DNA from: Candidatus Aenigmatarchaeota archaeon
Lineage (GTDB): Archaea > Aenigmatarchaeota > Aenigmatarchaeia > Aenigmatarchaeales > JAADFI01
Direction: 5' to 3'
DNA length: 48,448 bases
Assembly: GCA_015521825.1 (NCBI GenBank)
Contig: WANL01000001.1
Coordinates: 1-48,448 of the forward strand
The notes beneath the pieces are model-generated. The model was not told where the DNA came from. It saw nothing but the letters and a program-made list of their open reading frames with translations, and did not search any database. Every line of letters begins with the position of its first letter. Position 1 is the first letter of the stretch. Both the position numbers and the translations under genes were made by a program. Positions 17,491 to 26,358 of this stretch are shown in pieces.

Positions 17491-17514
17491 CCGAAATCCG
17501 AAAACCAAAAAAGG

Positions 17515-18252
17515 TCAAAAAACCTCGGAAATCATTCTGGTGTAGTCGGCTCCCTGAAGCGCGCTCACCAGGTTCCAGAGGACCGGAATTAGGATCACGA
17601 ACAGGAAAATTATAACTAAGGACCTCCCCCGGTTCCTGGCTTCGGCGAATCCGAAGACCGCGCCGGCTCCGAGTCCGCCCAGATGGGAGATGTACGAAAT
17701 TCCAGTCGTCTCCCCGGTGGCCACGGTGTAGAAGAATCCGGCCAGATTGTAGAGAATGTACAGGATCGCAACGAGAACCATGGGAACCGGAACGAGGTAC
17801 GGGTAGAAGACCAGGTCAAGGGGCCGGGTGAACATGGCCGTTCCGAGCAGCCCGAATATAGCTCCGGAAGCCCCGACCGTAGGAATATCCACAGGATAAA
17901 GCCCCAGCTGGGTCATCAGCAGTATCAGAAGGTCTCCGAAAACCGCGGACCCGAAGAACACCAGGAAGAACCTCGCGGTACCGAGTTCGGTCTCAACCGC
18001 CCTTCCGAAAAAGAAAAGCGCGATCATGTTGAGAATCAGGTGCTCCGGACTCGCGTGGAGAAACACCGATGTGAAAAATGTCCAGAACCTGCCGGCGGAA
18101 ACGGCTTCCATGGAAAACCCGTACTGGGAGAACAGGTAGGCCAGACCCGGTCTGCCGAATGCGAAGCTCAGAAGGGACTCGAAAAAGAATACGCCGACGC
18201 ACATCAGGATGACGAGCTTGGTCCCGGGATAGCCCCTACCGTTCTCTTCCAT
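17515..18252 (-). CDS. rhomboid family intramembrane serine protease
   Basis: Contains FLHASPEHLILNM, GASGAIFGLLG (GxSG) and the SHLGG histidine. Multi-TM. Confidence 0.85.
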   Translation of the reverse strand: MEENGRGYPGTKLVILMCVGVFFFESLLSFAFGRPGLAYLFSQYGFSMEAVSAGRFWTFFTSVFLHASPEHLILNMIALFFFGRAVETELGTARFFLVFFGSAVFGDLLILLMTQLGLYPVDIPTVGASGAIFGLLGTAMFTRPLDLVFYPYLVPVPMVLVAILYILYNLAGFFYTVATGETTGISYISHLGGLGAGAVFGFAEARNRGRSLVIIFLFVILIPVLWNLVSALQGADYTRMISEVF

Positions 18253-20533
18253 CGGAACGCTCCTTCCTTATCTTTTCCAGCACGAGTCTCATTTCCGCCC
18301 TTGCGATCGCGCTCCTCACCCGGTCGACAGCATCCACGTTCGAGGACACCGAATCGATTCCGAACTCGACGAGCTTTTCAACGAAACCCGGATCGGATCC
18401 GGCCTCCCCGCATATAGATGTCTCCACCCCGTACTTTTTGCAGATCCTTATCACGCGTCTTACGAGTTTGAGAACCGCCGGGTGATCGGTCCTGAACATT
18501 TTGGACAGCCTCTCGTTATTCCGGTCCACCGCGAGGACCGTCTGGGTCAGGTCGTTGGTCCCGAAGGAGACGAAGTCCACACCTTCTTTACAGAAGTCTT
18601 CGACGATGAGGGCCGCGGCCGGCGTTTCCACCATGATTCCAAACCTGACGGTCTCGGGGAGGATTCCGGAAGCGAGTTCTTTCGCCTTTCTCAGTTCCTC
18701 CGGGTCCACGACGAAAGGTAGCATCACCGCAACGTTGGTCAGACCCGCCTCGTGAAGCTTCCTAACAGCCTCGAACTGGGCCCTCAGCAGTTCCGGCTCG
18801 TCGAGATCCCTCCTTATTCCGTGCCACCCGAGCATCGGGTTGTCTTCTTTCGGCTCCTTCTCCCCGCCCTCGAGGTGCCTGTACTCATCGGTTCTGGCGT
18901 CGAGGGTCCTAACCCAGACGGGCTTCGGGTAGAACGCCCTGGCGATTCTGGAGATGTTGTCGAAAAGAACGGATACCAGCTCATCCTTCCTTCCCTGGCG
19001 GATGTACTCCGCCGGGTGCTTCCCGCTTTTGGTGAGCATGTGCTCTATCCTTAAAAGACCGACCCCGTCGGTTCGTTCCGCGATCTCGAGCCTTTCCGGA
19101 AATGCGAGGTTCACCTTTACCCTGGTAACGGTAGGTGGAACCCAGGAAGCCGGGGAGGAAACCGGAGAAGCCGGAGCTTCCTCCCTCTTCACGCTGACCT
19201 CGCCCCTGAGAATCCTTCCGGTGTAGGCGTCGACAGTGACGATCTCCCCGTCCTTGAGGACGGAAGTTGCGTTCCCGGTTCCCACAACGCAGGGTATTCC
19301 GAGTTCCCTGGAAACAATCGCGGCGTGGGAAGTAACACCACCCCTGTCCGTGATTATTGCCGCGGATTTTTCCATGGCGACCACGAAGTCCGGGGAGGTC
19401 ATTTTAGTAACCAGAACATCCCCCTTCTCGACCTTCCCGAGTTCCCCGGGGTGCAGAACGATCTTGACCCTTCCGGAGGCTATTCCCGGGGAAGCCGGGG
19501 AACCTGTGAGAATGACCTCGCCCTCGGGTTCGTCCCCTTCCGGAGAATCCAGAACCGTGACCGCCCTGGTCTGGAGGATGTAAATCCTTCCCTTCTCGAT
19601 TCCGAATTCTATGTCCTGCGGTCTTCCGTAGTGTTCCTCTATTTTCTTTCCGTAAGCAGCGGTCTTCACTATTTCTTCGTCCGAAAGGACCTGAGCCTCA
19701 ACGCGCTCGGGCTCGACCTCCCTCTTAACGGTTTTTCCTGTAGGATCCCTAACCCTTTCCACTATCTTCCTGCCGAGCTTTTTCTCCAGAATCTCTCCGG
19801 TGTTTCTGTCCACAACGTACCTGTCGGGTGTGACCTCGCCCTGAACTATTGTCTCACCCAGGCCGAAAACCGCCTCGATGACTATGTTCCTGTTTTTCGG
19901 ATTCGCTGGATCCACGGTGAACATGACCCCGGACTTTTCCGAATTCACCATTCTCTGAACAATGACTCCTATTCCGGCGTCCTTCTGACCGTGCTTGTGT
20001 CTGTAGTAAATCGCCCGCGGGGTGAACAGCGAGGCCCAGCACTTCTGGACCGAGTAGCAGACGTTTTCCCCTCCCCGGACGTTAAGGTAGGTTTCCTGCT
20101 GACCGGCCGAAGAGGCCTTTTCCACGTCCTCAGTCGTCGCCGAGGACCGAACGGCCACGAACGGGAAGTCCCTTCCGGCCTTTATGAACTCTATTTCCTC
20201 GCTTCCGTCGGCGTACATCATCGAAGAGTACGCCTTCAGGATCTCGTCCTTCACGGACCCGGGCATCTCGGCCTCCAGGATCATCCTCTTTATTTCGGAA
20301 GAGGCCCTCATTATCGATTCCTGGTCCGAGAAGTCTATTTCGGAAAGCACCTTCCGGATCCTGGGTTCCAGCTCGTTCTCTGCGAGAAATTTCCTGAAAG
20401 CCTCCACGGTGACGAAAAAGCACTCAGGGACCGGGAACCCGGACTTTATGAGCTCGGCGAGGTTGGCGGCCTTTCCGCCCACGATCTGGACGTCGTTCTT
20501 CCCGACATTCTCCGGATAGAGAACGTATCTCAT
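18236..20533 (-). CDS. ppsA: phosphoenolpyruvate synthase (pyruvate, water dikinase)
   Basis: 765 aa. Has an ATP-grasp N-terminus (GGKAANLAEL), the phosphohistidine motif GGVTSHAAIVSRELGIPCVVG and a PEP-utilizing TIM barrel. Confidence 0.92.
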   Translation of the reverse strand: MRYVLYPENVGKNDVQIVGGKAANLAELIKSGFPVPECFFVTVEAFRKFLAENELEPRIRKVLSEIDFSDQESIMRASSEIKRMILEAEMPGSVKDEILKAYSSMMYADGSEEIEFIKAGRDFPFVAVRSSATTEDVEKASSAGQQETYLNVRGGENVCYSVQKCWASLFTPRAIYYRHKHGQKDAGIGVIVQRMVNSEKSGVMFTVDPANPKNRNIVIEAVFGLGETIVQGEVTPDRYVVDRNTGEILEKKLGRKIVERVRDPTGKTVKREVEPERVEAQVLSDEEIVKTAAYGKKIEEHYGRPQDIEFGIEKGRIYILQTRAVTVLDSPEGDEPEGEVILTGSPASPGIASGRVKIVLHPGELGKVEKGDVLVTKMTSPDFVVAMEKSAAIITDRGGVTSHAAIVSRELGIPCVVGTGNATSVLKDGEIVTVDAYTGRILRGEVSVKREEAPASPVSSPASWVPPTVTRVKVNLAFPERLEIAERTDGVGLLRIEHMLTKSGKHPAEYIRQGRKDELVSVLFDNISRIARAFYPKPVWVRTLDARTDEYRHLEGGEKEPKEDNPMLGWHGIRRDLDEPELLRAQFEAVRKLHEAGLTNVAVMLPFVVDPEELRKAKELASGILPETVRFGIMVETPAAALIVEDFCKEGVDFVSFGTNDLTQTVLAVDRNNERLSKMFRTDHPAVLKLVRRVIRICKKYGVETSICGEAGSDPGFVEKLVEFGIDSVSSNVDAVDRVRSAIARAEMRLVLEKIRKERSDGRER

Positions 20534-20572
20534 AGTTCTTTATTTCCCTTCCTATTAAATAAATTTAACCCG

Positions 20573-21088
20573 CTACTCGGCAACTACCCTGCAGGAACCG
20601 GGAAGCTTGCTAACGGCCCTTCTGAGGGCCTCTTTGGCGAACTTCTCCTTACCTTCGGGAACGTAGGCCGAAATTATCTTCTGGCCCTTTTTGACTATAG
20701 CCGCCTGGCCTATGGGCTTTCCGAAGGCCTTTCTCATTCCGGTGGAGTACCTGTCAGCACCGGCTCCGGTAGCGATCGGGTTGAACCTGAGAACGTGGTG
20801 GGGATAAACCCTGATTTTGAGGAAGAACTGCTTTTCCCCTACGTGCTTCGTCAGGTACTTTACAGCCGCAACCCTCGCGGCCTCGAGAGAGTTCGACCTT
20901 ATCTGGACATCCTCCCCGGAAACTATGTGGAGCTTCACCGGATAGTCCCCTTTCTGTCCGGACTCGAACTGGCGAACCCTGTTCGCCGGAACTCCTTTAA
21001 CGTAACTCTTCTTCGGAACCCTGAGGGAAACCCTGGTGTTCGGCCTTTCCGGCCTCGAGTAACATCTTCCCGGTCTGAGCGAAGCCAT
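20573..21088 (-). CDS. rpl10e: 50S ribosomal protein L10e (uL16)
   Basis: N-terminus MASLRPGRCYSRPERPNTRVS.. and 171 aa. Confidence 0.9.
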   Translation of the reverse strand: MASLRPGRCYSRPERPNTRVSLRVPKKSYVKGVPANRVRQFESGQKGDYPVKLHIVSGEDVQIRSNSLEAARVAAVKYLTKHVGEKQFFLKIRVYPHHVLRFNPIATGAGADRYSTGMRKAFGKPIGQAAIVKKGQKIISAYVPEGKEKFAKEALRRAVSKLPGSCRVVAE

Positions 21089-21129
21089 GAAAAAAGTTCC
21101 GGGACGTTATTTAAATAACTTTCGCTGCC

Positions 21130-21933
21130 TCAAATCCCGATTAGCATAGCCCTCCCTTCAACAGCCCTGAAAACAAGGTAACCGAGGAGGAGGAAAAGGA
21201 ACGTCAGGAAACCCAGGAAAGTTAGTTCCGGAAGAATCTCCTGAAGTCCGGAACCCTGTATTCCTATCTTTCTCAGCATCTCTATTGCCTGGGTGGTCGG
21301 CAAAGATTTGGAAACGGACCGCAGGGGTTCCGGAAATATTTCCACCGGGTACCAAACACCGGAAAGGATCGAAAGAATGTTTGAAAACATCCAGGAAAAG
21401 TCCGCGATACCCTCCCTCCACGCACCGAGCGCCGCTATGCACACACCCAGACCGTAAAAACAGAAAAAAGTAAGAGTAAAAACCAGAAATGCCAGGAGAA
21501 GACTCCCCTTAAACTCGAAATCGAAAAAATACAGGGCAACCGAAATGAGAAACACATTTGTAATCAGTATCTGCATCAGCGACGTTCCTGCTTTTGCGAG
21601 AAGGAAAGCCGTCCTTGAAGCCGGGGACAGGAAAAAGTACAGCGAAGTCCTCATGTACTTCTCCCTTACAAATACGTGGGAAACCGGGCCGAGATTCACC
21701 CCTATCACTTCCCATAACAGGGTTCCAGAGAGAATGAAAACAACGAAGGTCTCTCTCGTTAAATTCCCTATCCCTCCGAAGCCTTCTGCGAACACGGCAC
21801 TCCAGACGAAAACGAAGGCTATGAAGAAGGTTACGGAACCCATGAGATTCCAAAGCAATCTCTCCTTCCACCTGAGGAATTTCTTGATCTCGGCTGCCTG
21901 AAGCACGAAATAATCTTTTAAAAACCTTCTCAT
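21130..21933 (-). CDS. ABC-2 type transporter permease
   Basis: Six-TM protein of 267 aa. 4-nt overlap with the upstream ABC ATPase. Confidence 0.75.
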   Translation of the reverse strand: MRRFLKDYFVLQAAEIKKFLRWKERLLWNLMGSVTFFIAFVFVWSAVFAEGFGGIGNLTRETFVVFILSGTLLWEVIGVNLGPVSHVFVREKYMRTSLYFFLSPASRTAFLLAKAGTSLMQILITNVFLISVALYFFDFEFKGSLLLAFLVFTLTFFCFYGLGVCIAALGAWREGIADFSWMFSNILSILSGVWYPVEIFPEPLRSVSKSLPTTQAIEMLRKIGIQGSGLQEILPELTFLGFLTFLFLLLGYLVFRAVEGRAMLIGI

Positions 21934-22925
21934 ACCTCACCGCCTTTCAGATTTTTTCCGGTAAACTGGATGAACACGTCTTCAAGAGTCGGGAGGGCCG
22001 TCAGCACGTTCTCTATTTCGGTGAATTTTTTAACTTTCCCGATCAGCCTGTCTAAATTGCGAAGATCGTCGATCACAACCCTTAGCCTCCCGACCTCTTC
22101 CAGAAAATACGCGCTTTTTACAAACTCTTCCGACCTGAGCACCTCGACCAGCCTTGAAGAAAATTCCTTCACCCTTATTTCAACTATATCTTGCTTTTTA
22201 ATCATTCTTTTAAAATTCTCCGGAGAATCTATTTTGATTATCCTTCCACCGTCTATCATGGCAACTCTGTCGCACAAAATGTCCGCCTCTTCCATGTAAT
22301 GGGTCGATAAAAGAATCGTGGTCTTTTCATTTTTATTCAGATCCTTTAAAAACTCCCTCACCATTAAGGTTATGTTCGGATCCAGACCTATGGTGGGTTC
22401 GTCCAGGACGAGGAGATCCGGATCGTTTATCACCGCCTTTGCCAGAGAAAGGCGCATGATCTCTCCGGTAGAGTAGAGATCCGTGTAAGTGTCTGCTTTA
22501 TCTTTTAAACCGAATAGGTCCAGAAGCTTTTCGACTTTCTCCTCCAGGTCCCTCACACCGTAAAGCTTTCCGTAAACAATCAGGTTTTCCTTTCCTGTGA
22601 GTTCCCACCACAAATTCGCCCTGGCGAACACAGTGTTTATTTTTCCGGAAATTTTTGAAAAATTTTTGGTGACGTCCTCACCGAAGATACAAACCCTGCC
22701 TTTATCGGGGTGCAGGAGACCTGTAATTATTTTAAGGAGGGTCGTTTTTCCGGCCCCGTTCGGTCCGAGTAAACCGAATATCTCTCCGCGCCTCACTCTG
22801 AAACTTACATCGTTAAGAGCGGGTACGAGCTCCGGAAAGAAAAGTGACTTCATACCGTTTACGAATCCGACGGATCTCCTTCTGTAAAACTTGGAAACGT
22901 TGAAAACCTCGACTGCGTAAGCCAT
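21930..22925 (-). CDS. ABC transporter ATP-binding protein (DrrA/CcmA-like)
   Basis: Walker A GPNGAGKTT, signature YSTGEIMRL and Walker B LLVLDEPT, plus a C-terminal extension. Confidence 0.9.
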   Translation of the reverse strand: MAYAVEVFNVSKFYRRRSVGFVNGMKSLFFPELVPALNDVSFRVRRGEIFGLLGPNGAGKTTLLKIITGLLHPDKGRVCIFGEDVTKNFSKISGKINTVFARANLWWELTGKENLIVYGKLYGVRDLEEKVEKLLDLFGLKDKADTYTDLYSTGEIMRLSLAKAVINDPDLLVLDEPTIGLDPNITLMVREFLKDLNKNEKTTILLSTHYMEEADILCDRVAMIDGGRIIKIDSPENFKRMIKKQDIVEIRVKEFSSRLVEVLRSEEFVKSAYFLEEVGRLRVVIDDLRNLDRLIGKVKKFTEIENVLTALPTLEDVFIQFTGKNLKGGEV

Positions 22926-22946
22926 GAAATTTAATCGTTTACTTTC

Positions 22947-23495
22947 TTATTTAAAGTTCTCTACGGATATCAATAATTTAGCCGCCTCGTACTTTTTCCT
23001 CATACTTTCTCTTGCCTCAGGGATCGTTAACTTATTCCAGCTTCTTTCGATTCTTTCGCGCACCCATTTAACTGCTTTTTCAAGATCATTTTTCTTCTTC
23101 AGCCCGAGGTGAAGCAGAAAGGGAATCCCATCGAAATGGGCCATCGCATCGGCATTTGCAACAATCCGGGCTATTTTCGTTCCGGGTTTTACACTACCGC
23201 TTCCTCTGTGCGACTCTATACAGTGTCTTACCTCGTCGATAACTTCCGGTGGGCAATTCACCCGTTTCAGAATTTTCTCGGCTTCAGGAATTCCTGTTAC
23301 TTCGTGGTCTTTTCCGCCGAATTTTATCCTCCCGATATCGTGAAGCAGGGCTCCCAGTTCCGCAAGATCTGTATCGGCACCGAGTTTTTCGGCCAGCAAC
23401 CTCGCATATTTAACGGTCGGTAAAATGTGAAACTTCCAGTTTTCTTCATCGCATCCTTTTTTAACGATTTCTCTGACTCTTTCAACCGCAACCAC
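22947..23495 (-). CDS. HD-domain metal-dependent phosphohydrolase
   Basis: Contains H..LLHDIGR and later HCIESH. 182 aa. Confidence 0.75.
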   Translation of the reverse strand: MVAVERVREIVKKGCDEENWKFHILPTVKYARLLAEKLGADTDLAELGALLHDIGRIKFGGKDHEVTGIPEAEKILKRVNCPPEVIDEVRHCIESHRGSGSVKPGTKIARIVANADAMAHFDGIPFLLHLGLKKKNDLEKAVKWVRERIERSWNKLTIPEARESMRKKYEAAKLLISVENFK

Positions 23496-23569
23496 AGTAA
23501 TCTTTTTCTTGTTTGTGTTTATATACTTTCGTGGAAGATTTTAAGTACGTGCGGTGACAATATTTCGGT

Positions 23570-23848
23570 ATGAAGGACGAGAAGTACCTCGAGGAGAAAC
23601 TCGGCCTCCCTCCGGATCAGGTAAAGTACGTGATGGAGCATCTCTGTCTCTACGAGGAGGGAGTACCCAGAAACAAGCTAACCTGCGAGCGGTACAGAGA
23701 AATGGGCCGAAAGGGGTGCGCCGGTTGTATCTGTCTCAACGGCTTTATATGGGTTAAAACCCGGCCGAACGGACCTCCGAAGATGATAAGAGAAGTACGG
23801 GAAATTTTAAGAGAAAAGGCCGGGATGATGATGTGGTGGTTGGAATGA
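23570..23848 (+). CDS. hypothetical 92-aa Cys-containing protein
   Basis: ORF with an ATGA overlap onto the downstream GNAT start. No family recognised. Confidence 0.4.
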   Translation: MKDEKYLEEKLGLPPDQVKYVMEHLCLYEEGVPRNKLTCERYREMGRKGCAGCICLNGFIWVKTRPNGPPKMIREVREILREKAGMMMWWLE

Positions 23849-24291
23849 AAATCCGGAATGCCGCCGAAAGGGACAGGAAAGCGGTTTCCGAACTCTACTA
23901 CGAGCTCCATCCTGAAAGAAAGGGAGAGAAGAGAAAGGGGGATGTTGGTTCCGCTCCGGGGAAGATTGAAGACGATTCTCCTGGTCGCCGAGGAGGGTGA
24001 TCGGGTTGTAGGATTCGTATGGGGCAACTTAATAACCTACGGGTTTTTCGATACGGGGTAATAGAAGAGCTTTTCGTGAAGGAGGAATTCAGAAACAGAG
24101 GTATAGGGAGGTCCCTGGTAAGGGAAATTCTGAACCGATTTAAGCGCTTAAAGGCCGAAGCGGTGTTCGTCACAACGGATCCGGAAAATAAAAAGGCCGT
24201 AGATCTTTACGAAAAAATCGGATTCAAACCGTGTAGAGGTCCCTGGTTTTTCTGGGTACCGGAAGACCGATCCGACTCCGCAGTTTCCTAA
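23845..24291 (+). pseudogene. GNAT N-acetyltransferase split over three reading frames (two frameshifts at G-runs)
   Basis: Frame 1 reads MKIRNAAERDRKAVSELYYELHPE... Frame 2 reads ..ILLVAEEGDRVVGFVWGNLITYGFFDTG*. Frame 1 then resumes with GVIEELFVKEEFRNRGIGRSLV..DLYEKIGFK. The second shift is at acggggta (about 24053-24060). The first lies between about 23930 and 23985, near aaggggga. Confidence 0.7.
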
Positions 24292-24357
24292 ATCAGCGAC
24301 AGAACCCGAACTCATTTCCGGCTTCCGGCCGCGCGTCCAGGAAAACGCGAAAACCGG

Positions 24358-25941
24358 TCACCTCTCGGACAATCCGAACGCTTCCTGAGGTGTCAGCGCC
24401 CTGTCGAAGATCATAACATCGTCGATCACTGCGGTTCCTGGACTCGTTGCTCCGTCGAAATCACCGACAAACAGCCTCCAGTCTTTGCTCGAAGCCTGCG
24501 GATTTTTGTAGTCGTAGTAAATCTCGCCGCTCTGCTCAATACTTTCGAGCTCCCTTCCGTCGTAGTAAACCGATATATGGGTTCCGTTGTAACTCATCCC
24601 TATCAGGTGCCATTTCCCGTCGTAAAGTCCGGTCGCGTTGGCGTCGATGCATCTGATACCGTTCGTCACTGTGGAGAGGCAAGCACGGATTACATCCTCG
24701 CCCCTACTCTTTGTAACGGCGATGGCCCAGCTTCTCCAGCCGGCCCAGGTGGAATTCGTCGACCTTCTGTTTATTACCCACTTACCGAAGTCCCACGTTT
24801 TATTTATTCTCAGGAAAACGGAAATTTCCTTCTGCGGATCGTACTCCGAAAAGTTATCGACCTGAAGCCAGTCGTCATAGCCGTCGAAACTGATAGCGGT
24901 CCCGCTATACCCTTCGGTCCAGTCCGGGTAGTCCACATCACCATCTATGGTCAAGGGCTGGGCCTGAGTTGCGTGCTCGCAGATGAAATTGTACCAGTTC
25001 CAGCACCTCACATCGTACCAGGTACCTCTGTAGGAGAGGACCGCGCAGTGCTCGGTTCCACCGCCGTTGTTCGGTTCTCCCGTGTTCCAGTTCGTGTAGG
25101 AACTCGTTTCGTTTGGAAGCCACTTCCAGCACCCCGCCGGTTCGTTGGGGCAGCCGTCGGGCCAGCCGTTGTTGTTGCTCAGGTCGTTCCTGTCCTGGTA
25201 GTATCCTATCCACTTCCAGCCTCGACCGGCCAGATTCAGCAGAAACGAATTTTCATTCGAGGAAGAAACAACCGGAATGTAGCCTCCCCTTCTATCACAG
25301 AAGCTCTTCGCTTCTTTCCACCTGGGATATAGCTTCCTGGGATATAGCTTCGGATATAGCTTCAGGGTGTCCATGCACCCCATGTCGATGTACTCGTACC
25401 AGTGGGTGCCGTAGGTTCCGGTTCTGTACACACACTTCCGGTCCTTTAGAAGCAGGTCGATCCTGTTCACGCTGTCCTCGGTGACCAGGCCGCTGCCTTC
25501 GTCGAAACTCCAGAAGGCAATCGCGGATTCGTCGGGTTTTAATCTAACCGACTTCTGAGCAGTAACGGTTCCGGAAGATACCTTTACCGTGTGGGTTCCG
25601 GGAGAAAACCTCCACAGGTCGAGTATCTCCAGCTCTCCTGATTTCGAACTCTGAATGTCCTGCTTTAAGCTAAAGGAAACCGGTGCGCCGTCGACAAATA
25701 CAGAAATTGAATCGTTCGTTATCACGCCGAAGCCGCAGTTTCTGAGGTATATTCTGTTTCCGGAAACCGAATCTATTCTCATGCAGGTGGAGAGCTGCTT
25801 GGTAACCTGCTGAACTTGCTTCTTTCCGGTAGCGGTCAGGCCTCCGGTGGTGGAGGTCGTCCAGGTGTAAATCACGGAAACGAGAGCGATGGTTATGACG
25901 AAAATCATGATAACCGTCAGCACAGCGGACACGCCTTTCAT
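24358..25941 (-). CDS. type IV pilin-like protein fused to a C-type lectin domain (EPN type) and a LamG/Laminin_G_3 domain, 527 aa
   Basis: N-terminus MKGVSAVLTVIMIFVITIALV. CTLD region WKEAKSFCDRRGGYIPVV..WKWIGYYQD..WNTGEPNN..HCAVL..WYDVRC..FICEH. LamG region ISFDGYDDWLQV..GKWHLIGMSYNGTHISVYYDG..IDDVMIFDRALTPQEA. Confidence 0.8.
   Translation of the reverse strand: MKGVSAVLTVIMIFVITIALVSVIYTWTTSTTGGLTATGKKQVQQVTKQLSTCMRIDSVSGNRIYLRNCGFGVITNDSISVFVDGAPVSFSLKQDIQSSKSGELEILDLWRFSPGTHTVKVSSGTVTAQKSVRLKPDESAIAFWSFDEGSGLVTEDSVNRIDLLLKDRKCVYRTGTYGTHWYEYIDMGCMDTLKLYPKLYPRKLYPRWKEAKSFCDRRGGYIPVVSSSNENSFLLNLAGRGWKWIGYYQDRNDLSNNNGWPDGCPNEPAGCWKWLPNETSSYTNWNTGEPNNGGGTEHCAVLSYRGTWYDVRCWNWYNFICEHATQAQPLTIDGDVDYPDWTEGYSGTAISFDGYDDWLQVDNFSEYDPQKEISVFLRINKTWDFGKWVINRRSTNSTWAGWRSWAIAVTKSRGEDVIRACLSTVTNGIRCIDANATGLYDGKWHLIGMSYNGTHISVYYDGRELESIEQSGEIYYDYKNPQASSKDWRLFVGDFDGATSPGTAVIDDVMIFDRALTPQEAFGLSER
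25322..25364 (-). repeat. short tandem repeat (about 13-15-bp unit, 3 copies) encoding KLYP-KLYPR-KLYPR
   Basis: Plus strand reads gggatatagcttcct gggatatagcttc ggatatagcttca, just upstream of the CTLD. The paralog at 42378-44000 has a single LYPDW. Confidence 0.7.
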
Positions 25942-25962
25942 ATTAAAAATTTCCCGGAAGAC

Positions 25963-25972
25963 TAATATAAAG
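25963..25972 (-). promoter_or_regulatory. TATA box for the pilin-lectin gene
   Basis: The minus strand reads ctttatatta, 22-31 nt upstream of the ATG at 25941. This is consistent with a leaderless or very short-leader transcript. Confidence 0.4.
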
Positions 25973-26205
25973 TTATCCGATATCTAAAAGATGGTGAGGA
26001 ATCCGACAGGTCAGTAATCAAAGGACTGAGTAAATTTTTTTCATCTTACTGCCTGAAACTACACCGCGTTTGCTATGGCGGTTGCGGTAATTCGCTGGTA
26101 TCCGGGCGGTCTCAACTTCTGGTAGACCATGTCCAAAAACAAAACCCCTTTACTTGTTTAAAACAAGCATAGGGAGATAATTTCCCATGCTACATAGAAT
26201 TTTAG

Positions 26206-26358
26206 AGGTTATTACAGAAGGTGGATAAGAATTGGATAAAGAGAAGGGAAATGTATAAGCAAAGAGTTAGGGGAGAAGCGATATTTAGCGCTTTATCTAA
26301 TTGGTTTGGAAGTAGATTGAATACCAGAAGAGATGAGGGTTATTTTTGGTTTAAATGA
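26206..26358 (+). pseudogene. possible C-terminal remnant of a DDE (IS4/IS5-like) transposase
   Basis: A 50-codon open stretch ends ..MYKQRVRGEAIFSALSNWFGSRLNTRRDEGYFWFK*. It shows the Y-x2-R-x3-E pattern of DDE transposase C-termini. It lies in a 480-bp AT-rich non-coding gap with no intact upstream part. Confidence 0.3.

Noticed and set aside
15498-17514. Integrated mobile element at tRNA-Pro (att duplication, integrase)
   Set aside because: I found no direct repeat of the tRNA 3' end at the far border (only aaatccg, 7 nt, near 17494) and no integrase or other mobility gene. Only foreign-looking composition can be claimed.
19325-21118. 597-aa plus-strand ORF
   Set aside because: It is antisense to ppsA and rpl10e, both strongly recognisable. 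Its sequence is low-complexity and Arg/Gly/Pro-rich, typical of GC-rich antisense frames. The same reasoning applies to 6757-7701, 17683-18417, 24577-25332, 31706-32488, 38284-39180, 39387-40142 and 42729-43838.
25980-26205. tRNA, split-tRNA half or small RNA in the AT-rich gap
   Set aside because: Only short hairpins are present (ggtct..agacc, tcagt..actga with a 9-nt loop). There is no acceptor/T-arm combination and no C/D or H/ACA boxes. The evidence is insufficient.
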